Translations under genes and position numbers: made by a program
Assembly (NCBI GenBank): GCA_038861545.1
Contig: JAWCCZ010000001.1
Location: forward strand, 288,001 to 352,000
Reading direction: 5' to 3'
Source: Thermofilaceae archaeon
GTDB lineage: Archaea > Thermoproteota > Thermoprotei > Thermofilales > Thermofilaceae
Length of the DNA stretch: 64,000 nucleotides
Shown here: piece by piece, positions 1 to 11,441 of the stretch
Layout of the letters: the number at the start of each line of letters is the position of its first letter
Numbering within the stretch: the first letter of the stretch is position 1
The notes under the pieces: generated by a model
Database searches by the model: none
Told to the model about the DNA's origin: nothing
Seen by the model: only the letters and a program-made list of their open reading frames with translations

Positions 1-1151
<1,151 letters not shown>

Positions 1152-1172
1152 TTAGCTTTACCAACCACATCG

Positions 1173-2207
1173 ATGTCATTAAGGGTGCTCACCTACGTAG
1201 ATGTGTTAAAGATTGCAAATCAAGTTGGGCTCTTTAAATTCACAGACGAATTGATATTAAGAGTTGAGGAGGCATTTAAGAATTGGCACAGCTTTAAGAT
1301 GGTGCCGCGAGTTAGTTTTCACTACTCACACGGTGTAATGGAGGCAATGCCAATCAGCGACGATAAATATTATACTGTAAAAATAGTAAACGGGCATCCC
1401 GGAAACCCAAGTAAAAATCTTCTCACTGTAGTAGCTGTGGGGCTTTTAGCTGACGTTGAAACCGGGTATCCATTAATGTTCTGCGACGCCACTCTCTTAA
1501 CGGCTTTTAGGACTGCTGCAACTAGCGCGGTTGCTACCAAATATTTGGCAAGGCCGAACAGCAAATCTCTCGGGATAATAGGTACGGGCTCACAAGCGGA
1601 GTTCCAATGCGTAGCTATCAGCAGAGTTATACCTATTAACGAAGTCGTATTCTATGACGTGGACCAGCTAGCTATGGATAAATTCGAGAAAAATGTTCAA
1701 CATACTGGTTTGGAAATCCACCGCGCTTCAAGTGCAAGAATGGTCGCTTCATTAGCTGACATCCTAATTACAGCTACAGCTGTAAGAGGAAAGCACAAGG
1801 TGGTTAGTAGGGAGGATATAAAACCTGGCACACATATAAACGCGATTGGTGGAGACGCGCCTGGAAAAACAGAACTTGATCCACGCATATTATTTGATGC
1901 GAAAGTTGTCGTAGAGTATATGGAGCAAGCCATAACCGAGGGAGAAGTCCAAAACATTACTGCCGATAAGGTTTACGCCGAGCTATGGGAGATAGTAACT
2001 GGAGTAAAGAATGGTAGGATAAACGAGCAGGAGATCACAGTCTTCGACTCCGTAGGGATAGCATTAGAGGATTGGGCTGCGCTAACCTACATTTACGAAA
2101 AAGCTCAGGAACTCGACTCAGGTACCAATGTTAGACTTCTTCCCAAAGTATTGAACCCAAAGGATCTATTTTCACTTTTAAGTTCTTCGACTAATGTCGG
2201 ATGGTAA
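1173..2207 (+). CDS. Ornithine cyclodeaminase (OCD/mu-crystallin family)
   Basis: EAMPISD..KIVNGHP, RTAATSAVA, GIIGTGSQA, HINAIGGDAPGKTELD, FDSVGIALED and C-terminal NPKDLF. These look more OCD-like than archaeal AlaDH-like. Confidence 0.85.
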   Translation: MSLRVLTYVDVLKIANQVGLFKFTDELILRVEEAFKNWHSFKMVPRVSFHYSHGVMEAMPISDDKYYTVKIVNGHPGNPSKNLLTVVAVGLLADVETGYPLMFCDATLLTAFRTAATSAVATKYLARPNSKSLGIIGTGSQAEFQCVAISRVIPINEVVFYDVDQLAMDKFEKNVQHTGLEIHRASSARMVASLADILITATAVRGKHKVVSREDIKPGTHINAIGGDAPGKTELDPRILFDAKVVVEYMEQAITEGEVQNITADKVYAELWEIVTGVKNGRINEQEITVFDSVGIALEDWAALTYIYEKAQELDSGTNVRLLPKVLNPKDLFSLLSSSTNVGW

Positions 2208-2901
2208 AACATTTTTAGATCCCTGGACGGCGGTGCGCGTGGATAGCATTTCAATTAGCGAGCTTGCTAACGCTGGAGTACTTTTTATATGGGTAGTATT
2301 TGTGGTAACCTTGCTCACTAAGAAACTATACGATTTTATGAAATCACGGAGTTTACCACATAACATCATTATATACTATAATAGGAAGATTATTCATGCC
2401 TTAACTGGAGGAGTGGTGGCGATACTTGTACCCTTCATGTTCTCCTCTCCATGGCTTCCTTTCGGTTTTGCAATGTTATTAGCTGTCTTCACATATTTTC
2501 CTCATAAAACAGGAAAGCTGTTCTATTGGTTCCAAGACCCTGAAAACATATATGAAGTTCACTTCTGCATCATGTGGGGTTTTAGTATACTGGCTAGCTG
2601 GCTATTTTTCGGGGACATGAAGTTTGCTATCGTTCCTACTGCTTTCATGTCATTCGGAGACGGTATAACGGGAGTGGTTAGGAACCTCATTTACCGGAGG
2701 CGTACTAAAGCATGGGCTGGAAATTTGGCTATGGCTTTAGTATGTGTACCCACAGGTTATGCAATCGCCGGGGTTTGGGGAGGCCTAGCCGGTATAGTAT
2801 CAAGTGTAATCGAGCACTTCGAGTTCAAGCCACTTGACGACAACATAACAGTCCCGCTTTCCGCCCTTTTAGTGCTTCTCGCTGGGAGAGCAGCCGGTTA
2901 A
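2194..2901 (+). CDS. Dolichol/phytol kinase-like membrane protein (CTP-dependent isoprenol kinase family)
   Basis: Multi-TM protein with RKIIH, SFGDG, KAWAG and DDNITVP motifs. Confidence 0.8.
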   Translation: MSDGKTFLDPWTAVRVDSISISELANAGVLFIWVVFVVTLLTKKLYDFMKSRSLPHNIIIYYNRKIIHALTGGVVAILVPFMFSSPWLPFGFAMLLAVFTYFPHKTGKLFYWFQDPENIYEVHFCIMWGFSILASWLFFGDMKFAIVPTAFMSFGDGITGVVRNLIYRRRTKAWAGNLAMALVCVPTGYAIAGVWGGLAGIVSSVIEHFEFKPLDDNITVPLSALLVLLAGRAAG

Positions 2902-5042
2902 ACATGAGAAGAGGTACAAGTTGAGCCTATACTTCTTGTTTCCCTAGTATCTAGATAGACTTTTACGTCAATGGCGACTACTCCTTTCTCGTAAACGAAT
3001 AGAGGGTTTACATCTATTTCAGAGATTTCCTCGAAGGACTCCATTAAACCAGCAACTCCTAGTATAGATCTCTTAACTGCTTCTATGTCTAAGGGTTTTC
3101 CTCGATAACCTTTTAGTAAAGAACCAACTTTTGTTTCCGCGATCATCTCTTCTAAATCTTCTTCTGTTAAAGGTGCTATTTTAATGGAAATATCATTGAT
3201 TAATTCTACCATGAGACCCCCCCATCCGAAAGCAATCATAGGTCCGAAGACAGGATCGCGACGACAACCCAAAAATACTTCCACCCCTTTCGGCATCATT
3301 TTCCTGACGGAAACTCCGTTAATCCTAATATTCGGAAAAGCAGCTTTTACGTTATTAAGTATTTTTGTATATGCTTCTTCCACATCTTTATCTGAGTCTA
3401 AGTTCAGGATGATTCCACCAACTTCAGTTTTATGAGCTATATCGGGGGTCTCTACCGCTAGTGCTACAGGGTATCCAAGCTCGCGTGCGGCAGCAACAGC
3501 TTCCTCTTTACATGTTGCTAACCGCGCTTTAATAGTAGCTACCCCATAAGCTTCTGCTACTTTAAATGCCTCTATAGGGGTAAGCATTGTGTACCCCCTA
3601 ATTAATGCCTCCCTAATTATGTCCTTCACAACTTCGCTTTCACCAATTATTTGTAGCTGCTTTCCTGGTTTTCTTCTGCCCTTGTAATAAGCGTATACTG
3701 CAGCTAGAGAGTGAGCCGCCTCTTCCGGTGATTCATAGCTCGGTATACCTGCTGAAATGAGCTTCCTTAAAATAACCCGGCTTTCTTCTCCACCCGTTAC
3801 TGAGACCACAAGTGGTTTTTTTAATCCAACTTCAGATACAGCTTTTAAAATAGCTTCTCCAATTTCGTTGGGCGTAGGGATTGCACCCTGACCTGCCCAT
3901 AGGAGTACTGCATCAATGTATTCGCTCTTTAGTAACGTTACCAAAGCTCCCTTAAGGTTACTAGCTGTCATCATACCGGTAAGATCAACTGGGTTTCGAA
4001 CGCTGCCGAACGGAGGCATAAATTTACTGAGCTCTTCGGCAAGATCAGGTGTAATATTAGCTAGCTTGATCCCCCATTCGCTTAGTGTATCCGAAGCCAG
4101 CACTCCTGCTCCGCCTCCATGAGTTAAAATAACTGTATTACTCCCTTTGGGTTCAGGGGATAAAGCAAGTGCTAAGGCCCAATTAAAGAGCTCCCTGAAA
4201 TTTAACGGTCTTAGGGCACGTGCCTGCCTGAACGCTGCCTCATATGCTTCATCAGAACCGGCAAGCGAGCCAGTGTGTGATTTTATAGCTTCAGCTGCAT
4301 CAGGACTTCTACCAGCTTTAAGAATCAACACTGGTTTTTCTGGTGTAGTCTTAGCTAGTTCGTCCAGGAATCTTCTTCCTTCTCCCTTACTGAGACCTTC
4401 AATATACATGGCAATCACTCTCGTGCCGGGATCATTTCTAAAGAAGTTCAAGAAATCACTTTCACCGATATCTGCTCGATTACCTATACTCACAAGGCTG
4501 GAAAAGCCTATACCTCTTTCACGAGTCCACCATATGAGTGAGGTGATCAATGCACCGCTTTGTGAGAGGAAAGCAATTGAACCTGGGAGAGGCGCCGCGT
4601 CAATAAAACTATAGTTTACCTTAGCTAAAATATTCCAAACTCCTACTATGTTTGGCCCTAATAATCTAAAACCATACCTTCGCGCTATCTCCACCAGTTT
4701 TACCTCTAGATCAGTTTCCCCCACCTCCTTAAAACCGGAAGAAATTACCGCTACCCCCCTTACACTTTTCTTCCCACATTCCTCGAGTATGAAGGGAACC
4801 GATTTCGCTGGTACAGCTACAACCGCGAGGTCAACTTGCTCGGGCACGTCGAGCACACTAGTATAACATTTCAAATTCAAGATTTCAGTTGCATTTGGGT
4901 TGACTGGGAAAACCCTACTTACAGGAAAACCTGATTGAATAATGTTTCGCAGTATTCTATACCCAATTTTTATAGGGTCACGCGAGGCTCCTATCACAGC
5001 TATGGTTCTCGGGCGTAGGAAAACTTCTGTGCCGGTTGTCAC
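2898..5042 (-). CDS. Acetate/acyl-CoA ligase (ADP-forming), alpha-beta fusion
   Basis: CoA-binding IAVIGAS, GPN, SQSG, catalytic SHTGSLAG, NPVD; ATP-grasp beta part with AHKTEVGG, DPVFGP and DVNP. Confidence 0.92.
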   Translation of the reverse strand: MTTGTEVFLRPRTIAVIGASRDPIKIGYRILRNIIQSGFPVSRVFPVNPNATEILNLKCYTSVLDVPEQVDLAVVAVPAKSVPFILEECGKKSVRGVAVISSGFKEVGETDLEVKLVEIARRYGFRLLGPNIVGVWNILAKVNYSFIDAAPLPGSIAFLSQSGALITSLIWWTRERGIGFSSLVSIGNRADIGESDFLNFFRNDPGTRVIAMYIEGLSKGEGRRFLDELAKTTPEKPVLILKAGRSPDAAEAIKSHTGSLAGSDEAYEAAFRQARALRPLNFRELFNWALALALSPEPKGSNTVILTHGGGAGVLASDTLSEWGIKLANITPDLAEELSKFMPPFGSVRNPVDLTGMMTASNLKGALVTLLKSEYIDAVLLWAGQGAIPTPNEIGEAILKAVSEVGLKKPLVVSVTGGEESRVILRKLISAGIPSYESPEEAAHSLAAVYAYYKGRRKPGKQLQIIGESEVVKDIIREALIRGYTMLTPIEAFKVAEAYGVATIKARLATCKEEAVAAARELGYPVALAVETPDIAHKTEVGGIILNLDSDKDVEEAYTKILNNVKAAFPNIRINGVSVRKMMPKGVEVFLGCRRDPVFGPMIAFGWGGLMVELINDISIKIAPLTEEDLEEMIAETKVGSLLKGYRGKPLDIEAVKRSILGVAGLMESFEEISEIDVNPLFVYEKGVVAIDVKVYLDTRETRSIGSTCTSSHV

Positions 5043-5101
5043 ATTTAAGCTCTACTAGAAAAGTACTTATTAAAGTTTATTTAATTACGCACGGTGGTGC
5101 T
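5043..5101. promoter_or_regulatory. Compact divergent promoter region between the ACD gene and the oxidoreductase operon
   Basis: 59-bp gap with back-to-back TATA-like elements (TTTATTTA on +, TTTAATAA on -) and SD-like GGTGGTG before the GTG at 5102. Confidence 0.5.
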
Positions 5102-5641
5102 GTGCTCTACGAAGTCTGTTTTAATGCTCGAGGTGGTCAGGGGGCAGTAATTGCAGCTAGGTTGCTGGTGCATGCGGCATGCCTCTCCGGGCTATGGGGA
5201 CAGGCTTTTCCTTTATTTGGAGGGGAGAGAAGGGGTGCACCGGTTTTCTCTTATGCTAGGATCTCGGACAAGCCCATCAGGCTTAGAAGCCAGATTCGTG
5301 AGCCTAATGCCCTCTTAGTATTTGACCGCTCCTTAATGGAAGGCAGCATTAAAGTCAAGGAGAATGGAGTAGTGCTGGTAAATTCTCCTTCTAGACCGCA
5401 AGTTGGTCACGCTAAAGTGTACTGGCTTGACGCAACTTCGATTGCGAAAAAGCACAACCTAGTTATCGCCGGCTGGCCAGCTGTGAACAGCGCTATGCTA
5501 GGAGCGTTTGCAAAGGTAACTGGCATAGTGGCGATTAATGACTTGGTTAAAGCCATTAAGTCCGTATGGACGGGTACCCTAGGCGATTTAAACGCTAGAG
5601 CTGCAGAAGAAGCTTATAGAGGGGTGTTAAACAATGCATGA
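5102..5641 (+). CDS. porG: 2-oxoacid:ferredoxin oxidoreductase, gamma subunit
   Basis: RGGQG, FGGERRGAPV, NSAMLGA. Start moved to GTG 5102 because the ORF-track start at 5036 overlaps the divergent gene. Confidence 0.88.
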   Translation: MLYEVCFNARGGQGAVIAARLLVHAACLSGLWGQAFPLFGGERRGAPVFSYARISDKPIRLRSQIREPNALLVFDRSLMEGSIKVKENGVVLVNSPSRPQVGHAKVYWLDATSIAKKHNLVIAGWPAVNSAMLGAFAKVTGIVAINDLVKAIKSVWTGTLGDLNARAAEEAYRGVLNNA

Positions 5642-5897
5642 GGGTCCAATTACTGCTATTGCATGCCCCGCTAAGGGCTCAGCTGGCAAAACCGGCTTGT
5701 GGAGGACAGAGAGGCCAGTTATAGACCGGTCAAAATGCTTGAAATGCCTGGTATGCTGGCTTTACTGCCCGGAAGCGGCGATCATCAGAGATGGAGACGA
5801 TAGCGTAGAGGTAGATTACGAATATTGTAAGGGATGTGGAATTTGTGCTAACGAGTGTCCCGTTAAGTGTATCACAATGGTACCGGAGGTGGTTTAG
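5634..5897 (+). CDS. porD: 2-oxoacid:ferredoxin oxidoreductase, delta subunit (2x[4Fe-4S])
   Basis: KTGLWRTERP, CLKCLVCWLYCP, YCKGCGICANECP. Confidence 0.92.
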   Translation: MHEGPITAIACPAKGSAGKTGLWRTERPVIDRSKCLKCLVCWLYCPEAAIIRDGDDSVEVDYEYCKGCGICANECPVKCITMVPEVV

Positions 5898-7091
5898 ATG
5901 CATAGGGCAGTGATTTCAGGTAACGAGGCCGTAGCTTTAGGGGTTAAGCTGGCTAAAGTAAAGGTAGTTGCCGCTTATCCGATAACTCCGCAGACAACCA
6001 TAGTGGAGAAGATAGCCGAGTATGTTGAAAGCGGTGAGTTGAGAGCTAAGTTAGTTAACGTCGAATCTGAGCATAGCGCAATGGCGGCTTGCATCGGCGC
6101 AGCCGCCGGAGGTGCGAGAGTTTTCACGGCTACCTCTGCACAAGGGTTGCTTTATATGAGCGAAATGGTTTTCTGGGCTGGTGGAGCTCGGTTACCTGTA
6201 GTTATGGCTGTTGTCACTAGAGCAATCGCACCTCCTTGGAGCATCTGGTGCGATCATAATGACGCGCTATCTCAAAGGGATTCAGGTTGGGTACAACTTT
6301 GGGTGGAAAACGCTCAGGAGGCTCTGGATACCGTGATCCAGGCCTACAGGATCGCGGAAGAGGAACAGATTATGTTGCCAGTCATGGTTTGTCTCGACGG
6401 CTTCTTAGTTTCACATTCTTATGAACCAGTAGAGATACCAAGCCAGCAACTAGTCGATTCCTTCTTACCAGAGAAGACTCCAGCACCCTATTGGATTGAT
6501 ACAACGAACCCTAGGTCTTATGGAACGATCGCGAACCCTGAAGCCTACATGGAGTTTAGGTACAAGTTACAAGAAGCAATGGAGCGAGCAAAGAGAGTGG
6601 TGAGGGAAGTAGACGAAGATTGGGGGAAGCTAACTGGTAGGAGCTATGGTGGATTAGTTGACCCATATCTTTGTGATGACGCCGATGTTGTAGCTGTGGT
6701 AATCGGCTCTTGGGCAGGCGATGCCAAGGAAGCGGCTGATATAATGAGAAGCCACGGAGTTAAAGCAGGCGTATTGAGATTGAGATCCATAAGACCATTT
6801 CCAGCAGAAGATTTAGTGAAAACATTGGAAGGCGTGAATGCTGTAGCAGTTGTGGATCGCAGTCTTTCGCCTGGGCTTCCAAGCATCCTGCTCTCTGAGG
6901 TAAAAGCCGTGTTGTACGATTACGGAACGAGGCCATACATAAGGGGCTTCATAGCTGGGCTTGGGGGAAAAGATGTTACGCCGCAGGATTTCGTAAAAAT
7001 CTTCGAGAAAACTCTGGAAGGGTTAAAGGAAGAAGAAACAGGTAAAGTAGAATGGATTGGGTTGAAAGGTGGTGGTAGTGGTCACCGTTAA
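5898..7091 (+). CDS. porA: 2-oxoacid:ferredoxin oxidoreductase, alpha subunit
   Basis: YPITPQT, VESEHSA, TATSAQGL, GLGGKD. Confidence 0.92.
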   Translation: MHRAVISGNEAVALGVKLAKVKVVAAYPITPQTTIVEKIAEYVESGELRAKLVNVESEHSAMAACIGAAAGGARVFTATSAQGLLYMSEMVFWAGGARLPVVMAVVTRAIAPPWSIWCDHNDALSQRDSGWVQLWVENAQEALDTVIQAYRIAEEEQIMLPVMVCLDGFLVSHSYEPVEIPSQQLVDSFLPEKTPAPYWIDTTNPRSYGTIANPEAYMEFRYKLQEAMERAKRVVREVDEDWGKLTGRSYGGLVDPYLCDDADVVAVVIGSWAGDAKEAADIMRSHGVKAGVLRLRSIRPFPAEDLVKTLEGVNAVAVVDRSLSPGLPSILLSEVKAVLYDYGTRPYIRGFIAGLGGKDVTPQDFVKIFEKTLEGLKEEETGKVEWIGLKGGGSGHR

Positions 7092-7986
7092 GGAATTGGA
7101 TCGAAAAGAGTATTGGTTACCTGGGCACTCAGCCTGTTCTGGTTGTCCAGCTTCACTGGGTCTTCGAATGCTAGGCAAAGCTCTTAAAGGTAATTTTATA
7201 CTGGTGGTGCCAGCTTGTTGCACCACAGTAATTCAGGGGGCTTATCCCCATACCCCCTCTTATGCCCCTTTACTCAACATAGCTTTCGCTGCAACAGCGG
7301 CTGCCGCTTCCGGGTTAAAGGCTGCTTTAGAGTTGAGGGGTATAAACGTGCCTGTAGTTGCATGGGCAGGCGATGGAGGAACCGTTGACATAGGACTGCA
7401 ATCTCTAAGTGGTGCAGCTGAGAGAAACGAGGATATTTTATACGTATGCTATGACAATGAGGCCTACCAAAATACCGGTATTCAACGGAGTGGAGCGACG
7501 CCATATGGAGCATGGACAACGACAACTCCATTGGGTAAAAGGGAGAAAAGGAAAGACGCTCCGTGGATTGTCGCCGCACATAGGGTACCTTATATCGCTA
7601 CAGCCTCTATTGCATACCCACTGGATTTTATTGAAAAAATTCAAAAGGCTGTAGCAAAGAAAGGGTTCAAGTATATACATTTACACGCTCCATGCCCTAC
7701 TGGATGGAGGTTTCCCCCAAGCAAGACAATTGAAGTTGGCAGACTGGCCGTTGAAACAGGTATGTGGATTCTGTACGAGATAGAGGACAGCGTCTTTAAG
7801 CTTACTGGTAGGAGTAAACCCCTCCTCAATCCCTTAAAAAGAAAACCAGTTGAAGAGTATTTGAAGTTACAGGGAAGGTTTACCCACTTATTAAAGCCTG
7901 AGAGCCAAGAGGCGTTGAAATTACTAAAATTACAGATAGAGGAGAGCTGGAGTGAAATAAATAAACTTGTAAGGAGTCAACTATAA
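7069..7986 (+). CDS. porB: 2-oxoacid:ferredoxin oxidoreductase, beta subunit (TPP-binding)
   Basis: GHSACSGC, GDGGTVDIG, YDNEAYQNTGIQ, PCPTGW. Substrate specificity (POR/VOR type) cannot be determined. Confidence 0.92.
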   Translation: MVVVVTVKELDRKEYWLPGHSACSGCPASLGLRMLGKALKGNFILVVPACCTTVIQGAYPHTPSYAPLLNIAFAATAAAASGLKAALELRGINVPVVAWAGDGGTVDIGLQSLSGAAERNEDILYVCYDNEAYQNTGIQRSGATPYGAWTTTTPLGKREKRKDAPWIVAAHRVPYIATASIAYPLDFIEKIQKAVAKKGFKYIHLHAPCPTGWRFPPSKTIEVGRLAVETGMWILYEIEDSVFKLTGRSKPLLNPLKRKPVEEYLKLQGRFTHLLKPESQEALKLLKLQIEESWSEINKLVRSQL

Positions 7987-7999
7987 AGTTACGAAAATT

Positions 8000-9193
8000 T
8001 CACATATGCTCTTTAATCATCCTAGCTAGGCGGGCGACCCCCTCCTTCATGGAATCCAAAGGTGGATAAGAGAAACTTAACCGAGCTGTGTTATAACCAG
8101 ATCCGTCGATATGGAAAGAAGTGCCGGGAACATAAGCTACCTTGTACTTTTCTAGCGCAAGCGGTAGAAGAGCATCAAGGTTCACTCGAGAAGGTGCAGT
8201 CAACCACACAAACATGCCGCCTCTCGGCCGTGTCCATTGTGCACTCTCAGGCATGTGCTCGCTCAAAGCCTCCAGCATTACATCACGTCTTCTCCTATAA
8301 ATTTCCTTTATACGGGGTAGCTGTTTCTCGATTAAACTTTTCCGCAGGGCTTCAAGCAACACATACTGGCATAGTGTTGGCGACTGAAGCGTAACCGCCT
8401 GCTTAGCCACAGCAAGGGCGTTAATAAGTGCTTCATCAGCGATAACCCACCCCAGTCTAAGGCCAGGCGCCAGTAACTTGCTAACAGTAGATACATATAT
8501 GACTTTCCCACCATCGTCCATAGATTTCAACGAAGGGGGTTCTCCCCCCTCGAAAGTAAAGTAACTGTATGGGTCATCTTCAACTACTAGGGTATCATAT
8601 TCCTCGGCTAGCTCCAGCAATAATTTCCGTCTCTCAAATGACTGTGTCGAACCTGTCGGATTATGGCAAGTGGGAATAGTATATATGAACTTCACTCTAG
8701 TACCTCTTCTTTTAGCTTCTTTTAAAACTCGTTCAACGGCTTCAACATTAACACCATTTTCATCCATAGATGCCCCCTCTATACGCGGCTCGTATACTAC
8801 AAATGCTTGAAGAGCCCCCAAATATGTAGGGTTCTCTGTTAGGATCCAGTCTCCCCTATCGATCAAAACGCGCCCTAAAAGATCCAAAGCTTCTTGGCTG
8901 CCCGAGGTTATCAAAAGATTCTCAGAGCTTGCTTTTAAACCTCTTTTACGCATAAAGTCAGCTAGCTCTTTTCTCAGTTCATCAATACCTTCAGTCGGAG
9001 CATACTGCAATGCCACTGCAGCTTTCATAGAAAGAACTTCTCTCAAGATATCCTGTATCTCGTTAACTGGGAAACTGGCTGGGTCGGGAATTCCCCCGCC
9101 AAGCGAAATAACGTCACGTCCAATCCATTTTAGAAGGGCCCTTACTTGAGAGGCTTTCATTAACTGTGTCCTAGCCGAAAGGAATTTTTCCAC
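8000..9193 (-). CDS. PLP-dependent aminotransferase class I/II (aromatic/2-aminoadipate type)
   Basis: ISLGGGIPD, NPTG, EDDPY, SKLLAPGLRLGW (PLP lysine), GGMFVW. Confidence 0.9.
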   Translation of the reverse strand: MEKFLSARTQLMKASQVRALLKWIGRDVISLGGGIPDPASFPVNEIQDILREVLSMKAAVALQYAPTEGIDELRKELADFMRKRGLKASSENLLITSGSQEALDLLGRVLIDRGDWILTENPTYLGALQAFVVYEPRIEGASMDENGVNVEAVERVLKEAKRRGTRVKFIYTIPTCHNPTGSTQSFERRKLLLELAEEYDTLVVEDDPYSYFTFEGGEPPSLKSMDDGGKVIYVSTVSKLLAPGLRLGWVIADEALINALAVAKQAVTLQSPTLCQYVLLEALRKSLIEKQLPRIKEIYRRRRDVMLEALSEHMPESAQWTRPRGGMFVWLTAPSRVNLDALLPLALEKYKVAYVPGTSFHIDGSGYNTARLSFSYPPLDSMKEGVARLARMIKEHM

Positions 9194-9344
9194 AGACCCC
9201 CTTGTAAAATGTAAAAAAGGTATCTTATAAAAATGCTTAGAAAGTTTTATTTATATAAGTTTCAAGCAAGGTTCACATAAGCTAAAACTCAACATATTTT
9301 AGGTAAGGAAAGATCAATAGCCGCCTAAAAATAATCTATAAACT

Positions 9345-11441
9345 TTAAAGGTTAAGACCCGAAACTAAAGTAAAAACTAGATAGCTGGCTATTAGTGATG
9401 ATAAAAGTGACCACGCTGTAACAGAAACAGTGTATCTAAGGCTCCCAGTTTCCTTGTATACAGTCTCAATAGTAGCTATACAAGGCATATATGTGGTGTA
9501 AAGTGTGAGTAAGGACAGAGCTTGAGCACTAGTTAACTGAAGAGACTTAAGTGCATTTATAGGGTCAGTCTTCGCGATTACCGATATAGAAAGTATTGTA
9601 GCTTCTTTGGCTATAAGTCCAGCTACGAGTGAGAAGCCGATGAGCGTTGCTTTCTCTCCTGTAATCCCAATGAAAGTTAATAGGGGTGATAGAGTATCGC
9701 CGACTGCTACCGCAAAACCGCTTAACTCAGATGTTAATGTCCATATAGCTAAGCTTAACCCGAAAATCACGATCCCAGCTCTTTTCAAGTAGTGTTCCGT
9801 ATAATCCCAAGCTATCCACCATAAAACTCTGAAAGAGGGGAAGTGAATTGGAGGTAATTCTATTAAAAGCTCCGGCAGGTCTCTTATACCGTAAAATCTC
9901 CTAGTAATCCTTGAAGTAAAGGCGAAGAGCATAAAAGCACTTGTATAGGAGATCAGCAACGCGGTAGCAGATACAAAAGGAGATGGAAAATAAGCGGAAA
10001 TAAATGCTACGATGATGGCTAATCGTGCTTGGCAGGGTATGAACGGAACCGAAAACATGAGCTGTTTCCTTTCCACCTCATCGGGTGTCGCCCGAGATGC
10101 CATCACAGCTGGGACATTGCATCCTAAACTGATTAAGAGAGGGTACACTGCTCGACCAGACAACCCTAGCCGCTGGAAGAAGCGGTGAAGCGAAGCTGCT
10201 ATGTATGGTCCTACACCACCATCCTCAAGCAGGGATAGCATGAGCAAGGCTGTGAAAATTAAAGGTAAAAAAGTGAGAACTAATCCCACTCCTTGAAGTA
10301 TTCCATCAGCAATTATACTTTTTACGAGAATAGGCAGAGAACTCCCTCTTACTAACATAGATATGTTATTAAAAACGCTTGAAATGAGACCAGCTAAGGT
10401 AAGACCCTCCAATAATTCGGCTACATCAGCCGCACCAATTGCTTTTAGGATAAAGGTTAGAGGAAAGCCAGTGTTTAGTGTGAAAATTGTTAAGTAGAGA
10501 GATAAGAGTATAAGTAATGAAACTGCTGCTCCAACTCGAGATAATAATATTTTTTCAAAGGCCCCAATATCTTCACGAAGTCGTTTTCTAACCATTGCGA
10601 TTTTACAAAGTCTATCTACAAAACAGAACCTGTACTGGATTTCTAGCTCATCAACCTCCCTACCGGTAGATTGTATAATTAAATTCCTTAACTCTTTAGC
10701 TTTCTGTATTATCTTCTCTTCTCCAACAGATTGTATTAGTGTTGAGATGTGTTCGTCGCCTTCAAGCAATTTCAACGCTACCCACCTAAGTGGAGCTTTA
10801 AAGGGTAAGTTTACGCTAGCCAATCTTTTTTCTAGTTCTTTGATATGGTTCTCGAGATAACCGTATTCTATTTTAAGAAAATTCCCAGTATTCTCCTTTA
10901 AAATTTGAAGAAGCTTGGTGATTAATTCTTCAATCCCCTCTCCTGTCACTGATGAAACAGGAACAACAGGTACACCAAGCTCGCTTTCAAGTTTACTAAC
11001 ATTTACATGAACTCCGTATTTATGGGCAATATCCCACTTGGTTAATGCTATGAGAGCTCGCCCTGTTAGCTCGAGAGCGTGGACTGCTAAGTACAGCGTA
11101 CGTTCAAGAGCCAGCGAGTCTACAAGAATTAGTAGAGCATCCCACTGACCTGTTATCAGGAAATCTCTTGCAACTTTTTCTTCTGCGCTGGTTCCTGCTA
11201 ACGAATAAATTCCTGGTAGATCAATTAAAACTATTTCTTTATCACCTACTCGAATTAGACCCTCTTTTCGCTCAACCGTAGTCCCTGGCCAGTTAGCAAT
11301 GTGAGCAATTTCCTTAGTTAAAACAGTAAATAGTGTTGATTTACCAACATTAGGGTTCCCAACGACAGCCACTTTAAAGGGGCGTGAACTCACCCCTCCA
11401 GAACATGTCGGTTCATTCGCTGTATTGAACTTCTTTTTCAT
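9345..11441 (-). CDS. feoB: Ferrous iron transporter FeoB
   Basis: GNPNVGKS, NWPGTTVE, DLPGIYSL; membrane part with GCNVPA, PCQAR and PCIAT. The true start may be GTG at 11393 (GGAGG upstream). Confidence 0.93.
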   Translation of the reverse strand: MKKKFNTANEPTCSGGVSSRPFKVAVVGNPNVGKSTLFTVLTKEIAHIANWPGTTVERKEGLIRVGDKEIVLIDLPGIYSLAGTSAEEKVARDFLITGQWDALLILVDSLALERTLYLAVHALELTGRALIALTKWDIAHKYGVHVNVSKLESELGVPVVPVSSVTGEGIEELITKLLQILKENTGNFLKIEYGYLENHIKELEKRLASVNLPFKAPLRWVALKLLEGDEHISTLIQSVGEEKIIQKAKELRNLIIQSTGREVDELEIQYRFCFVDRLCKIAMVRKRLREDIGAFEKILLSRVGAAVSLLILLSLYLTIFTLNTGFPLTFILKAIGAADVAELLEGLTLAGLISSVFNNISMLVRGSSLPILVKSIIADGILQGVGLVLTFLPLIFTALLMLSLLEDGGVGPYIAASLHRFFQRLGLSGRAVYPLLISLGCNVPAVMASRATPDEVERKQLMFSVPFIPCQARLAIIVAFISAYFPSPFVSATALLISYTSAFMLFAFTSRITRRFYGIRDLPELLIELPPIHFPSFRVLWWIAWDYTEHYLKRAGIVIFGLSLAIWTLTSELSGFAVAVGDTLSPLLTFIGITGEKATLIGFSLVAGLIAKEATILSISVIAKTDPINALKSLQLTSAQALSLLTLYTTYMPCIATIETVYKETGSLRYTVSVTAWSLLSSLIASYLVFTLVSGLNL

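Noticed and set aside
9297-9330. TTTTAGG...CCTAAAA inverted repeat downstream of feoB as a second DtxR site
   Set aside because: The spacer of about 20 bp does not fit the upstream palindrome; short AT-rich arms could arise by chance.
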